A stretch of 64,000 nucleotides of DNA from Bdellovibrio sp. (GCA_036677065.1 JAKFBS010000003.1:256001-320000), one strand, 5' to 3'; shown: positions 18,463-29,818, numbered from the stretch's first letter. Numbers and translations are program-made. Notes: generated from the sequence alone by a model not told the origin.

Positions 18463-19464
18463 GTGCATTTTAGCTGTAAAATAACGAATTCTATTTTGAA
18501 GTATTTAGAAACCGAAAAGGTCGATCTAAACGCGTATTTTTCAGAACAAGATGTGCCGTGGGATTTTTTAAAAGATCCATCAAACTGGATGTATGCACCA
18601 GACATGGAGGCATTTCTAGAACGTATCATCACTAAACGTGAACAAATTGAAGCCGCAGGGCATGTGACTCCAAAACTTCGCGCGTGGGGAGTGCTGGATT
18701 CAGTTCTTCGCATGATGCCGCGTCCGCAAGAAATTTTTCATCAGCCAGAAAAATTTTTAGGTTATTTTATTTCTCCTGAGCCACCGATTGAAAATGTGAT
18801 TCGCACCGATGCGGGAATCAGTTTTGATATTCCGCTGCCGGCAGAACAATACCCATTAGTGACAACGTATTTAAAAGCCGCATTCGAAGCGCTGCCGATT
18901 TATGTTGGCTTAACGCCAGGGGTTTGTCGGTGGACACAAGTGCACTTTGAATTAGATTGGCCAGGTTACCAAGATACGATCTTGGATGAGCAAGAGCATC
19001 ACCAAGTGTCACCGCAACTCATGCAAGAGGTGATTAACCAATTGCAAATCAGTTCGCGTGACCTTGAAGAAAAAAATCGTGAGCTTCAGCGCCGTAACGA
19101 AGAATTACAACGTGTGGCTGAACAAAAGTGGTCTTCAAAAGATACCCTTCAAGCCGTTTCTTTTTCGCCAAATGATTTTTCACAATTTGAATTCATCAAA
19201 AAACCAACACATCAAGTGGCGCAAAACTTAGCGCGCTTGCATGATTACATGGTGCGCGCCCATCAGTTGGTAACACTATTAACTGCGGGTCAAAAAGTGA
19301 CTCCGGGAATGAAAGCCGCGTTTCACCGAGTGGATTGGGATTTAGTCAAAAGCCAATACCCACAAATTATTTTTGAAAGTATCGAAATTTTAAAAAAAAT
19401 GAGTAAGCCTGATTCGGAAGAAGTCGTGTCGAAGACACGCATTGAATCAGAGAAGAAGGATTAA
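18463..19464 (+). CDS. Hypothetical cytoplasmic protein with C-terminal coiled coil
   Basis: ORF 18427..19464, likely GTG start at 18463; [18 protein letters not shown] heptads; 2 nt from eno. Confidence 0.8.
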   Translation: MHFSCKITNSILKYLETEKVDLNAYFSEQDVPWDFLKDPSNWMYAPDMEAFLERIITKREQIEAAGHVTPKLRAWGVLDSVLRMMPRPQEIFHQPEKFLGYFISPEPPIENVIRTDAGISFDIPLPAEQYPLVTTYLKAAFEALPIYVGLTPGVCRWTQVHFELDWPGYQDTILDEQEHHQVSPQLMQEVINQLQISSRDLEEKNRELQRRNEELQRVAEQKWSSKDTLQAVSFSPNDFSQFEFIKKPTHQVAQNLARLHDYMVRAHQLVTLLTAGQKVTPGMKAAFHRVDWDLVKSQYPQIIFESIEILKKMSKPDSEEVVSKTRIESEKKD

Positions 19465-19466
19465 CA

Positions 19467-20735
19467 ATGTCAGAAATCGTAAGTGTTCAAGGTCGCGAAA
19501 TTTTAGATAGCCGTGGCAATCCAACAATCGAAGTCGAAGTTAAAACTGCTGATGGCAACATGGGCCGCGCAGCTGTTCCATCTGGAGCCTCTACGGGTGC
19601 ACACGAAGCTTACGAATTACGTGATGGCGATAAAAAACGTTTCTTAGGAAAAGGTGTTTTTAAAGCTGTAGATAACGTGCGTGAAAAAATTGCTCCTGAA
19701 GTTGTAGGCTTAAATGTTTTTGAACAAGTGTACATCGATAAAGTATTACGCGACATCGACGGCACTGAAAATAAATCAAACTTAGGCGCTAATGCGATCT
19801 TAGGTGTTTCATTAGCAGTAGCTCAAGCCGCTGCAAAAGATGCAGGTCTTCCGCTTTACAGATACGTTGGTGGTTCACAAGCTTGTCGTTTACCGGTTCC
19901 GTTAATGAACGTGCTAAACGGTGGCGCACATGCGAACAACGGTTTAGATATTCAAGAATTCATGATCGTTCCGACAGTAAATAATTCATACGCTGAAAGT
20001 TTACGTGCCGGAGCCGAAGTATTTCACACGTTGAAAAAAATCCTCCACAAAAAAGGTTTATCAACTGCAGTTGGTGATGAAGGTGGATTTGCTCCAGTTT
20101 TAAAATCAAATGAAGAAGCACTTGAATTACTAATGCAAGCGATTATGGAAGCCGGCTACGAAGCCGGACAAAACATGTTCTTAGCTTTAGATGTGGCAGC
20201 CACTGAATTGTATAAAGATAATAAGTACACTTGGGAGAAAAACCAGATCTCAGGAAAAGAATTAGAAAACGTTTACAAAAAATGGAGCGAAAAATATCCA
20301 TTAATTTCAGTTGAAGATGGTTTCTCTGAAGATGACTGGGATTCTTGGGTTTCTGCAACTGCAGCTATGGGTGACCGTGTGCAATTAGTCGGTGATGACT
20401 TGTTCGTAACTAACCCAAAACGTTTACGCATGGGCTTAGAGAAAAAAGCGGCAAACGCGTTATTAGTTAAAGTAAATCAAATCGGTACCTTAACAGAGAC
20501 GTTTGAAGCGGTTAACTTAGCTCAACGCCATAAAATGAAAACAGTCATGTCACACAGATCTGGCGAAACAGAAGATACAATCATCGCTGACCTTGCGGTG
20601 GCATTAAACTGTCACCAAATCAAAACGGGATCTTTATGCCGTGGTGAACGTACTGCTAAATACAACCAATTACTAAGAATCGAAGAAGATCTTGGTGGTA
20701 TGGGCGTATATTGGGATAAAGCCGGTTTTCGCTAG
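19467..20735 (+). CDS. eno: Enolase
   Basis: [35 protein letters not shown]. Confidence 0.99.
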   Translation: MSEIVSVQGREILDSRGNPTIEVEVKTADGNMGRAAVPSGASTGAHEAYELRDGDKKRFLGKGVFKAVDNVREKIAPEVVGLNVFEQVYIDKVLRDIDGTENKSNLGANAILGVSLAVAQAAAKDAGLPLYRYVGGSQACRLPVPLMNVLNGGAHANNGLDIQEFMIVPTVNNSYAESLRAGAEVFHTLKKILHKKGLSTAVGDEGGFAPVLKSNEEALELLMQAIMEAGYEAGQNMFLALDVAATELYKDNKYTWEKNQISGKELENVYKKWSEKYPLISVEDGFSEDDWDSWVSATAAMGDRVQLVGDDLFVTNPKRLRMGLEKKAANALLVKVNQIGTLTETFEAVNLAQRHKMKTVMSHRSGETEDTIIADLAVALNCHQIKTGSLCRGERTAKYNQLLRIEEDLGGMGVYWDKAGFR

Positions 20736-21268
20736 TGAATAAATTTGGGATTGTCCTTTTGTTAACCGTCGTAGCTATGACGGTTTTTTCTTTGACAGTT
20801 TTTGGAAATCCCAAAGTTTTAGATCTTAATTATAAATTTCAAAACGCAGACGCCGAAAAACTTTGTCTGAAAAACGAAGTTCTTTCTGAATGTTTTAAAA
20901 GACAAGTTCGCAAGCTTCATGAAACAGATAAATTAACAGTCGAAGAACTTATCGGAACTTTACCAGCAGGTAAGGGTTTAATTCTTCAAGAAAAAGAAAA
21001 GCAGCAAAAAGCCAAAGCCAAAGTTAAAGCTAAACTTTCTAACTCAGAGTTAAATTTAAGTTCTCATAAAAAACAGGCTGATTTCGCGTTACTGTTGCTG
21101 GAGCTATCTTGCACAGCCAAAGCTTCAACGGCAGCGCCAAATTATTTAAAAACTTTAAAATCTGTAGTCACCGAGCAAATCGAACAAGTCAGAAAATATT
21201 CAGATTCTGAATCGGTAAACCTGCAGATGAAATTCGATATAACTTTACTTTGTGAAAAGAAGAACTAA
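20735..21268 (+). CDS. Hypothetical exported protein
   Basis: 177 aa with N-terminal hydrophobic segment; 1-nt overlap with the eno stop. Confidence 0.65.
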   Translation: MNKFGIVLLLTVVAMTVFSLTVFGNPKVLDLNYKFQNADAEKLCLKNEVLSECFKRQVRKLHETDKLTVEELIGTLPAGKGLILQEKEKQQKAKAKVKAKLSNSELNLSSHKKQADFALLLLELSCTAKASTAAPNYLKTLKSVVTEQIEQVRKYSDSESVNLQMKFDITLLCEKKN

Positions 21269-21271
21269 CCC

Positions 21272-22105
21272 ATGTCACATGATCTTGATCTAAAGCCTGG
21301 CCAATCTGTTGAACTTTTAAAAGAGCTTCACATCTTAACTCGCGATGGAAAAATCAATCAGGACTCGCGTCGTAAGCTTAAACAAGTTTATCACCTGTAT
21401 CACTTCATTGAACCCTTATTAAAAGACCTTAATGAAAACTCGGCACAAATTAATTTAGTCGATCACGGGGCGGGTAAATCGTATTTAGGATTTATTATCT
21501 ATGATTTGTTTTTCAAGTCTTTAAATAAGCCGAATAAAGTTTTTGGTATCGAATTTCGTGAAGAGCTAGTAAGAAAATCTAAAGATTTAGCTGATAAATT
21601 AAAATTTCCGAATATGGATTTTTTGCATTTAACGGTAGCTGATTCAATCACAACTAAAAAATTACCTGAATCAGTAGAAATCGTTACAGCACTTCATGCC
21701 TGTGACACAGCAACTGATGATGCCATTCATTTCGCGTTAGCAAAAAAAGCTAAGCACATAGTTTTAGTTCCATGCTGCCAGGCTGAAGTGGCTTCGCATT
21801 TACGCCAAAACAAAGCTAAGATGTTAGCAAATCCAATGTCAGAATTATTTCGCCAACCTATTCACACGCGTGAATTTGGTTCGCACTTAACAAACGTACT
21901 GCGCACATTAGAATTAACTGCTGCCGGATATGATGTGACCGTGACTGAACTTGTTGGTTTTGAACACTCAATGAAAAATGAATTAATTGTGGCCTCTAAG
22001 CACAACAATCCTGATAAAAATCATCAAGTGCGCCAAGCCAAAGAACGTTTACAAGCACTTCTTACTGAATTTCGTTTAGAAGATTTGAATACGCGATTTT
22101 CTTAA
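21272..22105 (+). CDS. SAM-dependent methyltransferase (Methyltransf_32-like)
   Basis: VDHGAGKSYLGF, ALHACDTATD, VPCCQ. Confidence 0.9.
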   Translation: MSHDLDLKPGQSVELLKELHILTRDGKINQDSRRKLKQVYHLYHFIEPLLKDLNENSAQINLVDHGAGKSYLGFIIYDLFFKSLNKPNKVFGIEFREELVRKSKDLADKLKFPNMDFLHLTVADSITTKKLPESVEIVTALHACDTATDDAIHFALAKKAKHIVLVPCCQAEVASHLRQNKAKMLANPMSELFRQPIHTREFGSHLTNVLRTLELTAAGYDVTVTELVGFEHSMKNELIVASKHNNPDKNHQVRQAKERLQALLTEFRLEDLNTRFS

Positions 22106-22162
22106 GACAAAACTAGACTATAAGCCGTACCCATTAGCGCAAAAAAAATAGAAACTAATTTC

Positions 22163-22468
22163 ATGGATCAACTGCGCAACATGGCCTTTGCCATTCAACG
22201 TTGGCTAAGCCGACCTCAAAAAGTTTTTTTCGCCTGTTTAATGGTGTTAACTGCGACGCTATTTTTGAACGGCACGCTATGGAAACTTTGGGGCCTTTAT
22301 CGTGATGAAGACACGATCGTGAGCCAATCTTTACAAGCCAAAGCACAGATGCGAGTGATTGATACCCAAATTAAACAAGCCACTGATACTACTTACATCG
22401 AACGCCAAGCCCGCGATAAAATGGATCTGGTTGGCGATCACGATCTTATCTTTGTATTTCCTGAATAG
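22163..22468 (+). CDS. ftsB: Septum formation initiator FtsB/DivIC
   Basis: TM plus coiled coil plus YIERQARDKMDLV; located downstream of eno. Confidence 0.85.
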   Translation: MDQLRNMAFAIQRWLSRPQKVFFACLMVLTATLFLNGTLWKLWGLYRDEDTIVSQSLQAKAQMRVIDTQIKQATDTTYIERQARDKMDLVGDHDLIFVFPE

Positions 22469-22560
22469 CTATCGTCTGAATTCGCTTTAATTTTAAGCAA
22501 AAGTATCGCAAAGCATTAGGCCTTGTAACGACATAGAGTAAAAGCTCTAATGTGGTACTT

Positions 22561-22791
22561 ATGAAATTAGAACATTTATCATTAATATTGGGCCTTACAA
22601 AAACTGAATTAAAACGTCGTTTAGATTTAGGCCAAATCGACCCTCAAATTTTAAACCGACAGGTGAGTGAATACTCACAAGACCTTAAATTAAACGCTCT
22701 TTGCGACAGTTGGACTGAGCTAAAAAACGTAGAGCAATTTGACCGCTACGATCGCCAATTGCAAACAAACGAATCATCGATAAAACAATAG
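22561..22791 (+). CDS. Small hypothetical protein
   Basis: 76-aa ORF from ATG 22561 filling the ftsB-polA gap. Confidence 0.5.
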   Translation: MKLEHLSLILGLTKTELKRRLDLGQIDPQILNRQVSEYSQDLKLNALCDSWTELKNVEQFDRYDRQLQTNESSIKQ

Positions 22792-22834
22792 CACATGTCA
22801 TGACAACCTGAGCACTTGAGGGTAGATTTTTTCG

Positions 22835-25438
22835 ATGAAGAAAATCTATCTCGTTGATGTCAGTTCTATGTTCTTTCGTGCCTTCTACGCCATTCGCCCG
22901 TTGTCTTCGACAAAGGGAGTTCCGGTCAACGCAGTTTACGGTTTTATTTCAATGATCGTAAAACTTTTTAAAGAAAAAAATCCAGATCACGTTGTATTTT
23001 GTTACGACCGCAAAGAACCATCGTTTAGAAAAGACCTATACACAGAATACAAAGCTAATCGCACAACTATGCCAGACGATCTGCAAGTGCAAATGCCTTA
23101 TTTAAAACAGGTGGCTGAATTATTCGGAATCGCCGATATCGAAGTTGCGGGATATGAAGCCGATGATTTAATCGGAACAATCGCTGTGCAAGCGGCTAAA
23201 GAAGGCTACCAAGCCTATATCGTAAGTGGTGATAAAGATTTTAGTCAGCTAGTGAATGAAAATATTTTTCTATACGACACGATGAAAGAATTCGTTTACA
23301 CCACAGAAGCTATCAAAGAAAAACACGGTGTGTACCCTGCGCAATTTATCGATTTTCTCGCGATCACCGGCGACACTTCAGATCATATTCCAGGAGTAGC
23401 GGGTATTGGCCCAAAAGGCGCACAGAAATTAATTGAGCAGTTTGGTACTTTAGAGCAAATTTACGAGAACATCGATAAGGTAGCTCCGGCGGGTATTAAA
23501 GAAAAATTAATTAAATCTAAAGACGATGCGATTATTTCTAAAAAATTAGTAACTATTGTGACCGACGTCAACACCGGCAAAGTAATGGATGACTACATCG
23601 TTAAAGATTTAAAAACTGAAGAACTAAGAGCTTTTTTACAAGAATTAAATTTTAAATCTTTCGAAAAAAGTTTATTAGGCGACGGGCAAGTTACGCTTAA
23701 AAAAGGTGATGGTCACAAAATTTCAGGCGCAGAACCAAGCTTTGCAACACCGGCGGCTCCTGGCCCTACTGTGAATGGCAACAGCAGTTTAGCCGCTGAT
23801 CTTAAGGCGCAAACTTGGGATGCCGTGGTTGTGCAACAGCGAATTAAAAATGAAAAGTTTTTTGTGCATACAGCAAATTCACAAATTTGTTTTTGTTTTA
23901 ATAATTTTGATTACTACATCACCCAAACTTCAGAGGCTAATTTAGATTATAAAAATATAGTTTGGTCAGGATTTGACATTAAGCAAGTTTGGTCCGAGCT
24001 GAATTTATCTATCGAAGATGTGTTATCTGCACAAATTGACTGGGACATGATGCTTTTAGCGTACTGTCTTAAATCACAAGACATGCTTGATCCGATCGAA
24101 GTGATCAAAGATTTCTTAGATATCGATTTAAAACCAGAAGCAAAACAACCAGTTGATATGATCAAACTAGTTGATGCCTTTGTTCAGTTGTCATTAAAAG
24201 TGCAAACAGAAATCCGCGAAAAAGGATTACTGCCAATCTATGAAAAATTAGAAAAACCATTAATTCCAATTCTCTATGCGATGGAAAAAGTAGGTATCAA
24301 ACTTGATACTCAAGCTTTGGCCATCTTTTCAAAAGAATTAGGCGATGATATCGCAAAACTAGAAACTGAAATCCACCAGATCGCTGGCGAAAAATTTAAT
24401 ATCGCCTCACCTAAGCAATTAGGAGTTATTTTATTTGAACGTATGGGTTTAGAGGCCATTAAAAAAACCAAAACAGGCTATTCAACAGATAATGAAGTTT
24501 TAGAAAGTTTAAAACATCCGATTGGCCAGCTCTTGATCAATTACCGCGAATTATCGAAGCTAAAATCAACTTACGTTGATGCCTTGCCTGAAATGGTCGA
24601 TTCCCACTCTAGAATTCATACCCATTTTAATCAGGCCTTTACAGCGACTGGGCGCTTATCAAGTACTGATCCGAATATTCAAAATATTCCAATCAAGACT
24701 GAAAAGGGCCGCAAAGTTCGTCAGGCATTTATCGCTGACAGCGGTAAAAAATTATTATCACTGGATTATTCACAAATTGAACTTCGCGTGCTTGCGCATA
24801 TCTCTGAAGACAAAGGTTTAATCAAAGCCTTTCAAGATGATTTAGATATTCATGCGGCAACCGCTGCAGAAGTTTTCGGTGTTGAATTAAGGGCTGTAAC
24901 AAAAGAGCACCGCCGAATCGCGAAGGCTGTAAATTTTGGTATCGCTTACGGCCAAGGGGCGTACGGTTTAGCTGAAACACTTGGAATTTCACGAACTGAA
25001 TCAAAAGATATTATTGATCGTTATTTTAAAAAATTCAGCGGTATTAAAGATTATATCGAAACGACAATCGAAGCCGCACATCAGAAAAAATACGTCGAAA
25101 CACTTTTCGGCCGTCGTCGTTATTTAACCGAGCTTGATTCAACAAATGCGATGGTTAAAAAATTTGGCGAGCGCGCAGCTATCAACGCTCCTATTCAGGG
25201 TACAGCCAGTGATCTGATGAAGATGGCGATGATTGATGTGCAACGCTGGTTAGTGCAGGATAAAGAGCCGTTAACGTTGTTATTACAAGTGCACGATGAG
25301 TTGATTTTCGAAGGCGCACCAGAGGTTTTAGAAATGCATGCGCCGCGTATCAGAGCGATTATGGAAAATGTAGCAAAATTTAAAGTGCCATTGAAAGTAA
25401 ATTCATCAATCGGCGATAACTGGGATCAAGCGCACTAG
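22835..25438 (+). CDS. polA: DNA polymerase I
   Basis: 5'-3' exo motif YEADDLIGT; polymerase motifs DYSQIELRVLAH, KAVNFGIAYG and QVHDEL. Confidence 0.99.
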   Translation: MKKIYLVDVSSMFFRAFYAIRPLSSTKGVPVNAVYGFISMIVKLFKEKNPDHVVFCYDRKEPSFRKDLYTEYKANRTTMPDDLQVQMPYLKQVAELFGIADIEVAGYEADDLIGTIAVQAAKEGYQAYIVSGDKDFSQLVNENIFLYDTMKEFVYTTEAIKEKHGVYPAQFIDFLAITGDTSDHIPGVAGIGPKGAQKLIEQFGTLEQIYENIDKVAPAGIKEKLIKSKDDAIISKKLVTIVTDVNTGKVMDDYIVKDLKTEELRAFLQELNFKSFEKSLLGDGQVTLKKGDGHKISGAEPSFATPAAPGPTVNGNSSLAADLKAQTWDAVVVQQRIKNEKFFVHTANSQICFCFNNFDYYITQTSEANLDYKNIVWSGFDIKQVWSELNLSIEDVLSAQIDWDMMLLAYCLKSQDMLDPIEVIKDFLDIDLKPEAKQPVDMIKLVDAFVQLSLKVQTEIREKGLLPIYEKLEKPLIPILYAMEKVGIKLDTQALAIFSKELGDDIAKLETEIHQIAGEKFNIASPKQLGVILFERMGLEAIKKTKTGYSTDNEVLESLKHPIGQLLINYRELSKLKSTYVDALPEMVDSHSRIHTHFNQAFTATGRLSSTDPNIQNIPIKTEKGRKVRQAFIADSGKKLLSLDYSQIELRVLAHISEDKGLIKAFQDDLDIHAATAAEVFGVELRAVTKEHRRIAKAVNFGIAYGQGAYGLAETLGISRTESKDIIDRYFKKFSGIKDYIETTIEAAHQKKYVETLFGRRRYLTELDSTNAMVKKFGERAAINAPIQGTASDLMKMAMIDVQRWLVQDKEPLTLLLQVHDELIFEGAPEVLEMHAPRIRAIMENVAKFKVPLKVNSSIGDNWDQAH

Positions 25439-25444
25439 ATTGCG

Positions 25445-26122
25445 CTACTCAGTTTCCCAGCCAACAACGCGGCCACCTTCGAAATACACATAACGACGTT
25501 CGCGTTTGTATCCACTGACTGTGGGTAATTCGCGTGTGTATTTCCAGCGTTCATTTTTATAAATTGGATTACCACTGTGCTCAACTTGTTGTGGGTCACC
25601 CCAGCTTTTGCGCACTAATTCTTGCGACATGCCTAAGGTGATATCCTGAGTCTCGGTGAGCGCCATAAAATCAGGATTTGTTTTATCGCGATTCCATAAT
25701 TTATTGCGGTTCACCCAAGCTAGGCGACCTTCGAGGGAAGGAATCGACAAATAATCAATTTTTTCTTGGTCGTTGGCAAACAAGGGTAAAACTTTTGAGT
25801 AATTTAAACGTTCTCTAGGTGAATCCAAACCACGTTCAAGTTGGCGCACTTTACGGCGTGATAAGACATCTTTGCGTTCTGTTTCGCTGAGTCCTTTGCG
25901 TGGATCAAAACCCAACTCATAAGCGTATTTATCTAAATCTTTATCTGAAAGACGATCGGGGTCTTTTGTCGGATCAGAAGTCACTGTTTGGCGAGAAGTT
26001 TCTTCTTTGCTATTGGTCGTTTCTTCTAATTCGGGGCGCGATGCCGTTTTAATCCAGTTAGCACACGACGAAGTCATCATCAAACCCAGGACGGTAAAGC
26101 CGAATAATAAAGATTTTTTCAT
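25445..26122 (-). CDS. Lipoprotein with C-terminal SmpA/OmlA-like domain
   Basis: Lipobox TSSC; LGMSQELVRKSWGDP...ERWKY...VYFEGGRVVGW. Confidence 0.75.
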   Translation of the reverse strand: MKKSLLFGFTVLGLMMTSSCANWIKTASRPELEETTNSKEETSRQTVTSDPTKDPDRLSDKDLDKYAYELGFDPRKGLSETERKDVLSRRKVRQLERGLDSPRERLNYSKVLPLFANDQEKIDYLSIPSLEGRLAWVNRNKLWNRDKTNPDFMALTETQDITLGMSQELVRKSWGDPQQVEHSGNPIYKNERWKYTRELPTVSGYKRERRYVYFEGGRVVGWETE

Positions 26123-26244
26123 ATACCTATATCTTAAAATATCTACGGCTCATTGTGTCTGCTTTGTGTTTGCTTTTTCATATTTCTGGACGAAGGTTAG
26201 ATGGTCCTAGCTTTTAAAAATTTCTATATGTAACCTAGGAGTGC

Positions 26245-27042
26245 ATGATGGATCTGTTTAAACTGAAATTTGGCAAAAGTATGGATGCTGACGCTGAAGC
26301 TGAGCTTACGGAAAACCTGCAGTTTCTTGAAGACGTCTTAAACGAAGAAGATCCTGAATTCATGAAAACCGTTGGCGATGTCAGCATCGAAAACGAGGCC
26401 GTCGACGAATCTTTACTGGACACATCATTAGCTGTTAAACCACCTCACCGCATTGTTAAATTTTTCACTTCGATTTTTGGCGCAGTTAAATCTCCATTTT
26501 GGGGGTTGGTGCTAAAACCATTAATGATTCACAAATACCCAAAACAAGCGATCACCTTTTGGCTAATATTAGGCGGCGTTGGTTATGGTGGTGTGAGACT
26601 TTATAAAGCTCATTTTTGGTCTGCTCCTACACAACTATTTTTAACCTCATACGCAGATCTTGGAGTGACCGTTCATGATTACGATATGTTAGAAGCGGTT
26701 GAGCCTTTTTATGATAACGTGCGCTTTTCAAAAAACGTGATGTCATTAATTAAAATGACAGCGAATTTACGCCCCTCAGAAAGCTCATCGAATAATCCGA
26801 TGATTTCTTTTGAAATTGTTATTCACGGAGTTTCGAATGAGCCCATCGTTGAAATTAAAGACCGAGAAGCTGAATTTCGCGATTTGATTTTACGCGTGAC
26901 CGAAGAATTTACTTACGATGATTTAGACACAAGCGCTGGCAAACAAGCCTTAAGCGAATCTATCTTAGCAAAAATCAATGCGCACTTAACCGACGGCCAA
27001 GTTCGCAAAGTTTATTATAAAAATATAGTCATTAAGCCTTAA
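26245..27042 (+). CDS. fliL: Flagellar basal body-associated FliL-family protein
   Basis: TM plus MTANL...FRDLIL...GKQALSESILAKIN...VRKVYY. Confidence 0.85.
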   Translation: MMDLFKLKFGKSMDADAEAELTENLQFLEDVLNEEDPEFMKTVGDVSIENEAVDESLLDTSLAVKPPHRIVKFFTSIFGAVKSPFWGLVLKPLMIHKYPKQAITFWLILGGVGYGGVRLYKAHFWSAPTQLFLTSYADLGVTVHDYDMLEAVEPFYDNVRFSKNVMSLIKMTANLRPSESSSNNPMISFEIVIHGVSNEPIVEIKDREAEFRDLILRVTEEFTYDDLDTSAGKQALSESILAKINAHLTDGQVRKVYYKNIVIKP

Positions 27043-27045
27043 AAA

Positions 27046-28317
27046 CTACGACTTAAACACCTTCACATCAATATTGTAACTTTTTATCCGGTCATGCAAG
27101 GTCGACTTTGGAATTCCTAAATCAAGTGCCGTTAATTTTTGATTTCCGTGATTGGCTGCAAGTCTTTTTAAAATCATCTGTTTTTCAATCTCACGAATGA
27201 CTGAAAGCGACGGGGCATTGGGTGATTGCGGCATGGCATACTTAGCGCCACTATTCATTGATGGGCCTGCAACAGAAGATAAACGGTCACGTTTATTTAA
27301 TAACAACTCGATATGCTCTTCAGTGATATAAGCTTTCGGGTATAAGGCAGATGCGCGCGCCACTAGGTTTTTTAGTTCACGAATGTTTCCCGGCCAATCA
27401 TGTTTTCTCAGGCGAAGAGTGGCGTTGTAAGAAAAACGCACCTTCATCTCGCGCGAGAATGTGTAAAGTAAATCATCAAAGTCTTCGATACGGTCTTTTA
27501 AGCTGGGTACATCAATAGTAATTACATTTAAACGAAAGTATAAATCGGCGCGAAATAATCCATCTTCAATTTTTTGCTGAAGATTTTGGTGTGTGGCTGC
27601 AATGATGCGAACATCTGTTTTGATGGTACGGTCTGAACCCACAGGACGAATTTCGGCATTTTCAATAGCTCGTAATAGTTTTGCCTGCAGAGCATAAGAT
27701 AAATCACCTATCTCATCTAAAAATAAAGTGCCTCCGCGTGCCGCTTCAAAAGCTCCCTTACGATCGGCAATGGCTCCTGTAAAACTTCCGCGAGTGTGAC
27801 CGAATAATTCACTCTCAATTAAAGTTTCTGTTAATGCCGAACAATTCACACTTAAAAAAGGGGCCTGTCTGCGTGTTGAAGCTTGATGTAAGTTTTTAGT
27901 TAACACATCTTTACCAGTACCTGACGGGCCTAATAATAAAACGGGGTAATCCGTTTCGGCCACTGAACCTAGTGTTTGTAATTGTTGATTCCAAAATTCT
28001 GATTTACTTGATAACGGAAAATGATTTTTAACTTTTGTTAAATCATGAACAACAAAATCGGCATAACCTGCAGAAATTAAATCTCCATCAGCTAAAATAC
28101 TTTCAACAATTTGGACGCTGTTGACGAAGGTGCCTTCTTCGCTGAGTAGATCTTTAATAACTAATTTGTTGTTTTTGACCTCGAGACGAAAATGGCGAGC
28201 TGAAACTCCGGGCATTTGAACCTGAACTGGGCAGTTGCTGTCGCTCCCAATGTTTGCATAATTATCAATATCCCAGCGTTTGTTTGATCCATCTTGCAGT
28301 TCAATTACGTATTTCAT
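27046..28317 (-). CDS. FHA-domain sigma54-dependent activator (AAA+, Fis HTH)
   Basis: FHA VSARH...S.EGTFVN; GPSGTGKD, ELFGHTRGSFTGA, FLDEIG, WPGNIREL; C-terminal HTH. Confidence 0.95.
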   Translation of the reverse strand: MKYVIELQDGSNKRWDIDNYANIGSDSNCPVQVQMPGVSARHFRLEVKNNKLVIKDLLSEEGTFVNSVQIVESILADGDLISAGYADFVVHDLTKVKNHFPLSSKSEFWNQQLQTLGSVAETDYPVLLLGPSGTGKDVLTKNLHQASTRRQAPFLSVNCSALTETLIESELFGHTRGSFTGAIADRKGAFEAARGGTLFLDEIGDLSYALQAKLLRAIENAEIRPVGSDRTIKTDVRIIAATHQNLQQKIEDGLFRADLYFRLNVITIDVPSLKDRIEDFDDLLYTFSREMKVRFSYNATLRLRKHDWPGNIRELKNLVARASALYPKAYITEEHIELLLNKRDRLSSVAGPSMNSGAKYAMPQSPNAPSLSVIREIEKQMILKRLAANHGNQKLTALDLGIPKSTLHDRIKSYNIDVKVFKS

Positions 28318-28365
28318 TTCAGTTCCCCTTTGAAGTTCTTGTCTATGGCTATCTTAGTGGCTTAT

Positions 28366-28381
28366 TTCAAAGGCTAAGCCA
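28366..28381 (-). promoter_or_regulatory. Possible sigma54 promoter (-12 variant)
   Basis: TGGCTT-AGCCT-TTGAA (GG-N10-GA) upstream of the activator gene. Confidence 0.35.
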
Positions 28382-28502
28382 GCATTTCCGGGTCTGAAAA
28401 TGGCTTATATTTGAGTAGAGTTTAGAGGATTCCAATTTTTAAAAAAACCGGCAAAAAAAATCTAAGATTTGAGAAATTAATTAAAAAGTCATAATATAGA
28501 CC

Positions 28503-29093
28503 ATGCCCGTAAAACAAAAGAAAAAGCACAAAGTCACCTATATCAAAAGTGCCTTCTTGCCCGCTGATTATCCCGTACATAAGAAAAAAGAAGTCGCCTT
28601 CGTTGGAAGATCCAACGCTGGTAAATCTTCATTAATTAATGCCATCTCTGGTTCTGATGTAGCAAAAGTCAGTAATACTCCGGGTAAAACTCGTTTGATT
28701 AATTTTTTCAACTTTGGCGAAAGTTATGTCTTAGTTGATATGCCAGGTTACGGTTTCGCTTCGCGAAGTGGTGATGAAATTCGTGAATGGACGCAAGCGA
28801 TTGAAACTTATATCGATCAACGTGATGAATTAGTTGGTTTAGTTCTGGTTATGGATGTTCGCCGTGACTGGGAAGACGAAGAAAAAATGTTAATGCGTTT
28901 TGCGAACAAAGTTGGTCTTCCGGTTGTCGTAGCGATGACTAAGATTGATCGTTTAAATCAAAAAGAATTAAAAGCGCGTTTAGCGGCGATCAAAGCACAT
29001 GCGCACACAAGTTTATTATTTCCAGTATCAAGTACCAAAGAACAAGGTTACGACGTAATGGAAGATTACATTTATAAGGAATGGATTAAATAA
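28503..29093 (+). CDS. engB: Ribosome biogenesis GTPase YihA/YsxC
   Basis: GRSNAGKSS, SNTPGKT, DMPGYG, TKID. Confidence 0.97.
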   Translation: MPVKQKKKHKVTYIKSAFLPADYPVHKKKEVAFVGRSNAGKSSLINAISGSDVAKVSNTPGKTRLINFFNFGESYVLVDMPGYGFASRSGDEIREWTQAIETYIDQRDELVGLVLVMDVRRDWEDEEKMLMRFANKVGLPVVVAMTKIDRLNQKELKARLAAIKAHAHTSLLFPVSSTKEQGYDVMEDYIYKEWIK

Positions 29094-29095
29094 TA

Positions 29096-29818
29096 ATGAA
29101 AATTATTGCAGTTATTCCGGCTCGGTACGCTTCAACGAGATTTCCGGGTAAGCCTTTAGTGAAATTAAAAGACAAGCCGTTAATTCAATGGGTTGTCGAG
29201 GGCGCAAAGTCTGCAAAATTAGTAAGTGAAATTTATGTAGCCACAGACGATCAAAGAATCGCCGATGCAGTGAAGGCTTGTGGCGGAAATGTTCTGATGA
29301 CTCGTCCAGAGTGCCCAACAGGAACTGATCGCATTTTTGAAGCAACCAAAGATTTACAATTTGATGTGGTTTTAAATATCCAAGGGGATGAGCCACAAAT
29401 TACAGCCGAGTATATCGATCTATTAGCAAAAGCATTTATCGATCAACCAGGTTTAGATATGGCAACATTGGCGCATCCTATAGCGGTTGAAGATATCGAA
29501 AACCCGAACGCGGTTAAAGTGATTAAGAATGCAAATAACGAAGCGATTTACTTCAGCCGTTTTGCGATTCCTTATTCGCGTGAGAAATTAGCGGGTGTAC
29601 CAGTTTGTGAAAAACATATTGGTTTATACGGCTACACAAAAACTTTTTTAAATAAATTTTGTACAAGCGAACAATCGGCCATTGAAAAGGCTGAAAGTTT
29701 AGAACAACTACGCGCTCTGCATTTGGGTGCGAGGATTAAAGTTCTGTCAGTGAAAAAGCCAATCCAGGGAGTGGATACACCCGAAGATTTGGCGAAACTG
29801 GAAAGAATGCTCAGCTAA
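29096..29818 (+). CDS. kdsB: CMP-KDO synthetase
   Basis: IPARYASTRFPGKPL, NIQGDEP, ESLEQLRAL. Confidence 0.98.
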   Translation: MKIIAVIPARYASTRFPGKPLVKLKDKPLIQWVVEGAKSAKLVSEIYVATDDQRIADAVKACGGNVLMTRPECPTGTDRIFEATKDLQFDVVLNIQGDEPQITAEYIDLLAKAFIDQPGLDMATLAHPIAVEDIENPNAVKVIKNANNEAIYFSRFAIPYSREKLAGVPVCEKHIGLYGYTKTFLNKFCTSEQSAIEKAESLEQLRALHLGARIKVLSVKKPIQGVDTPEDLAKLERMLS

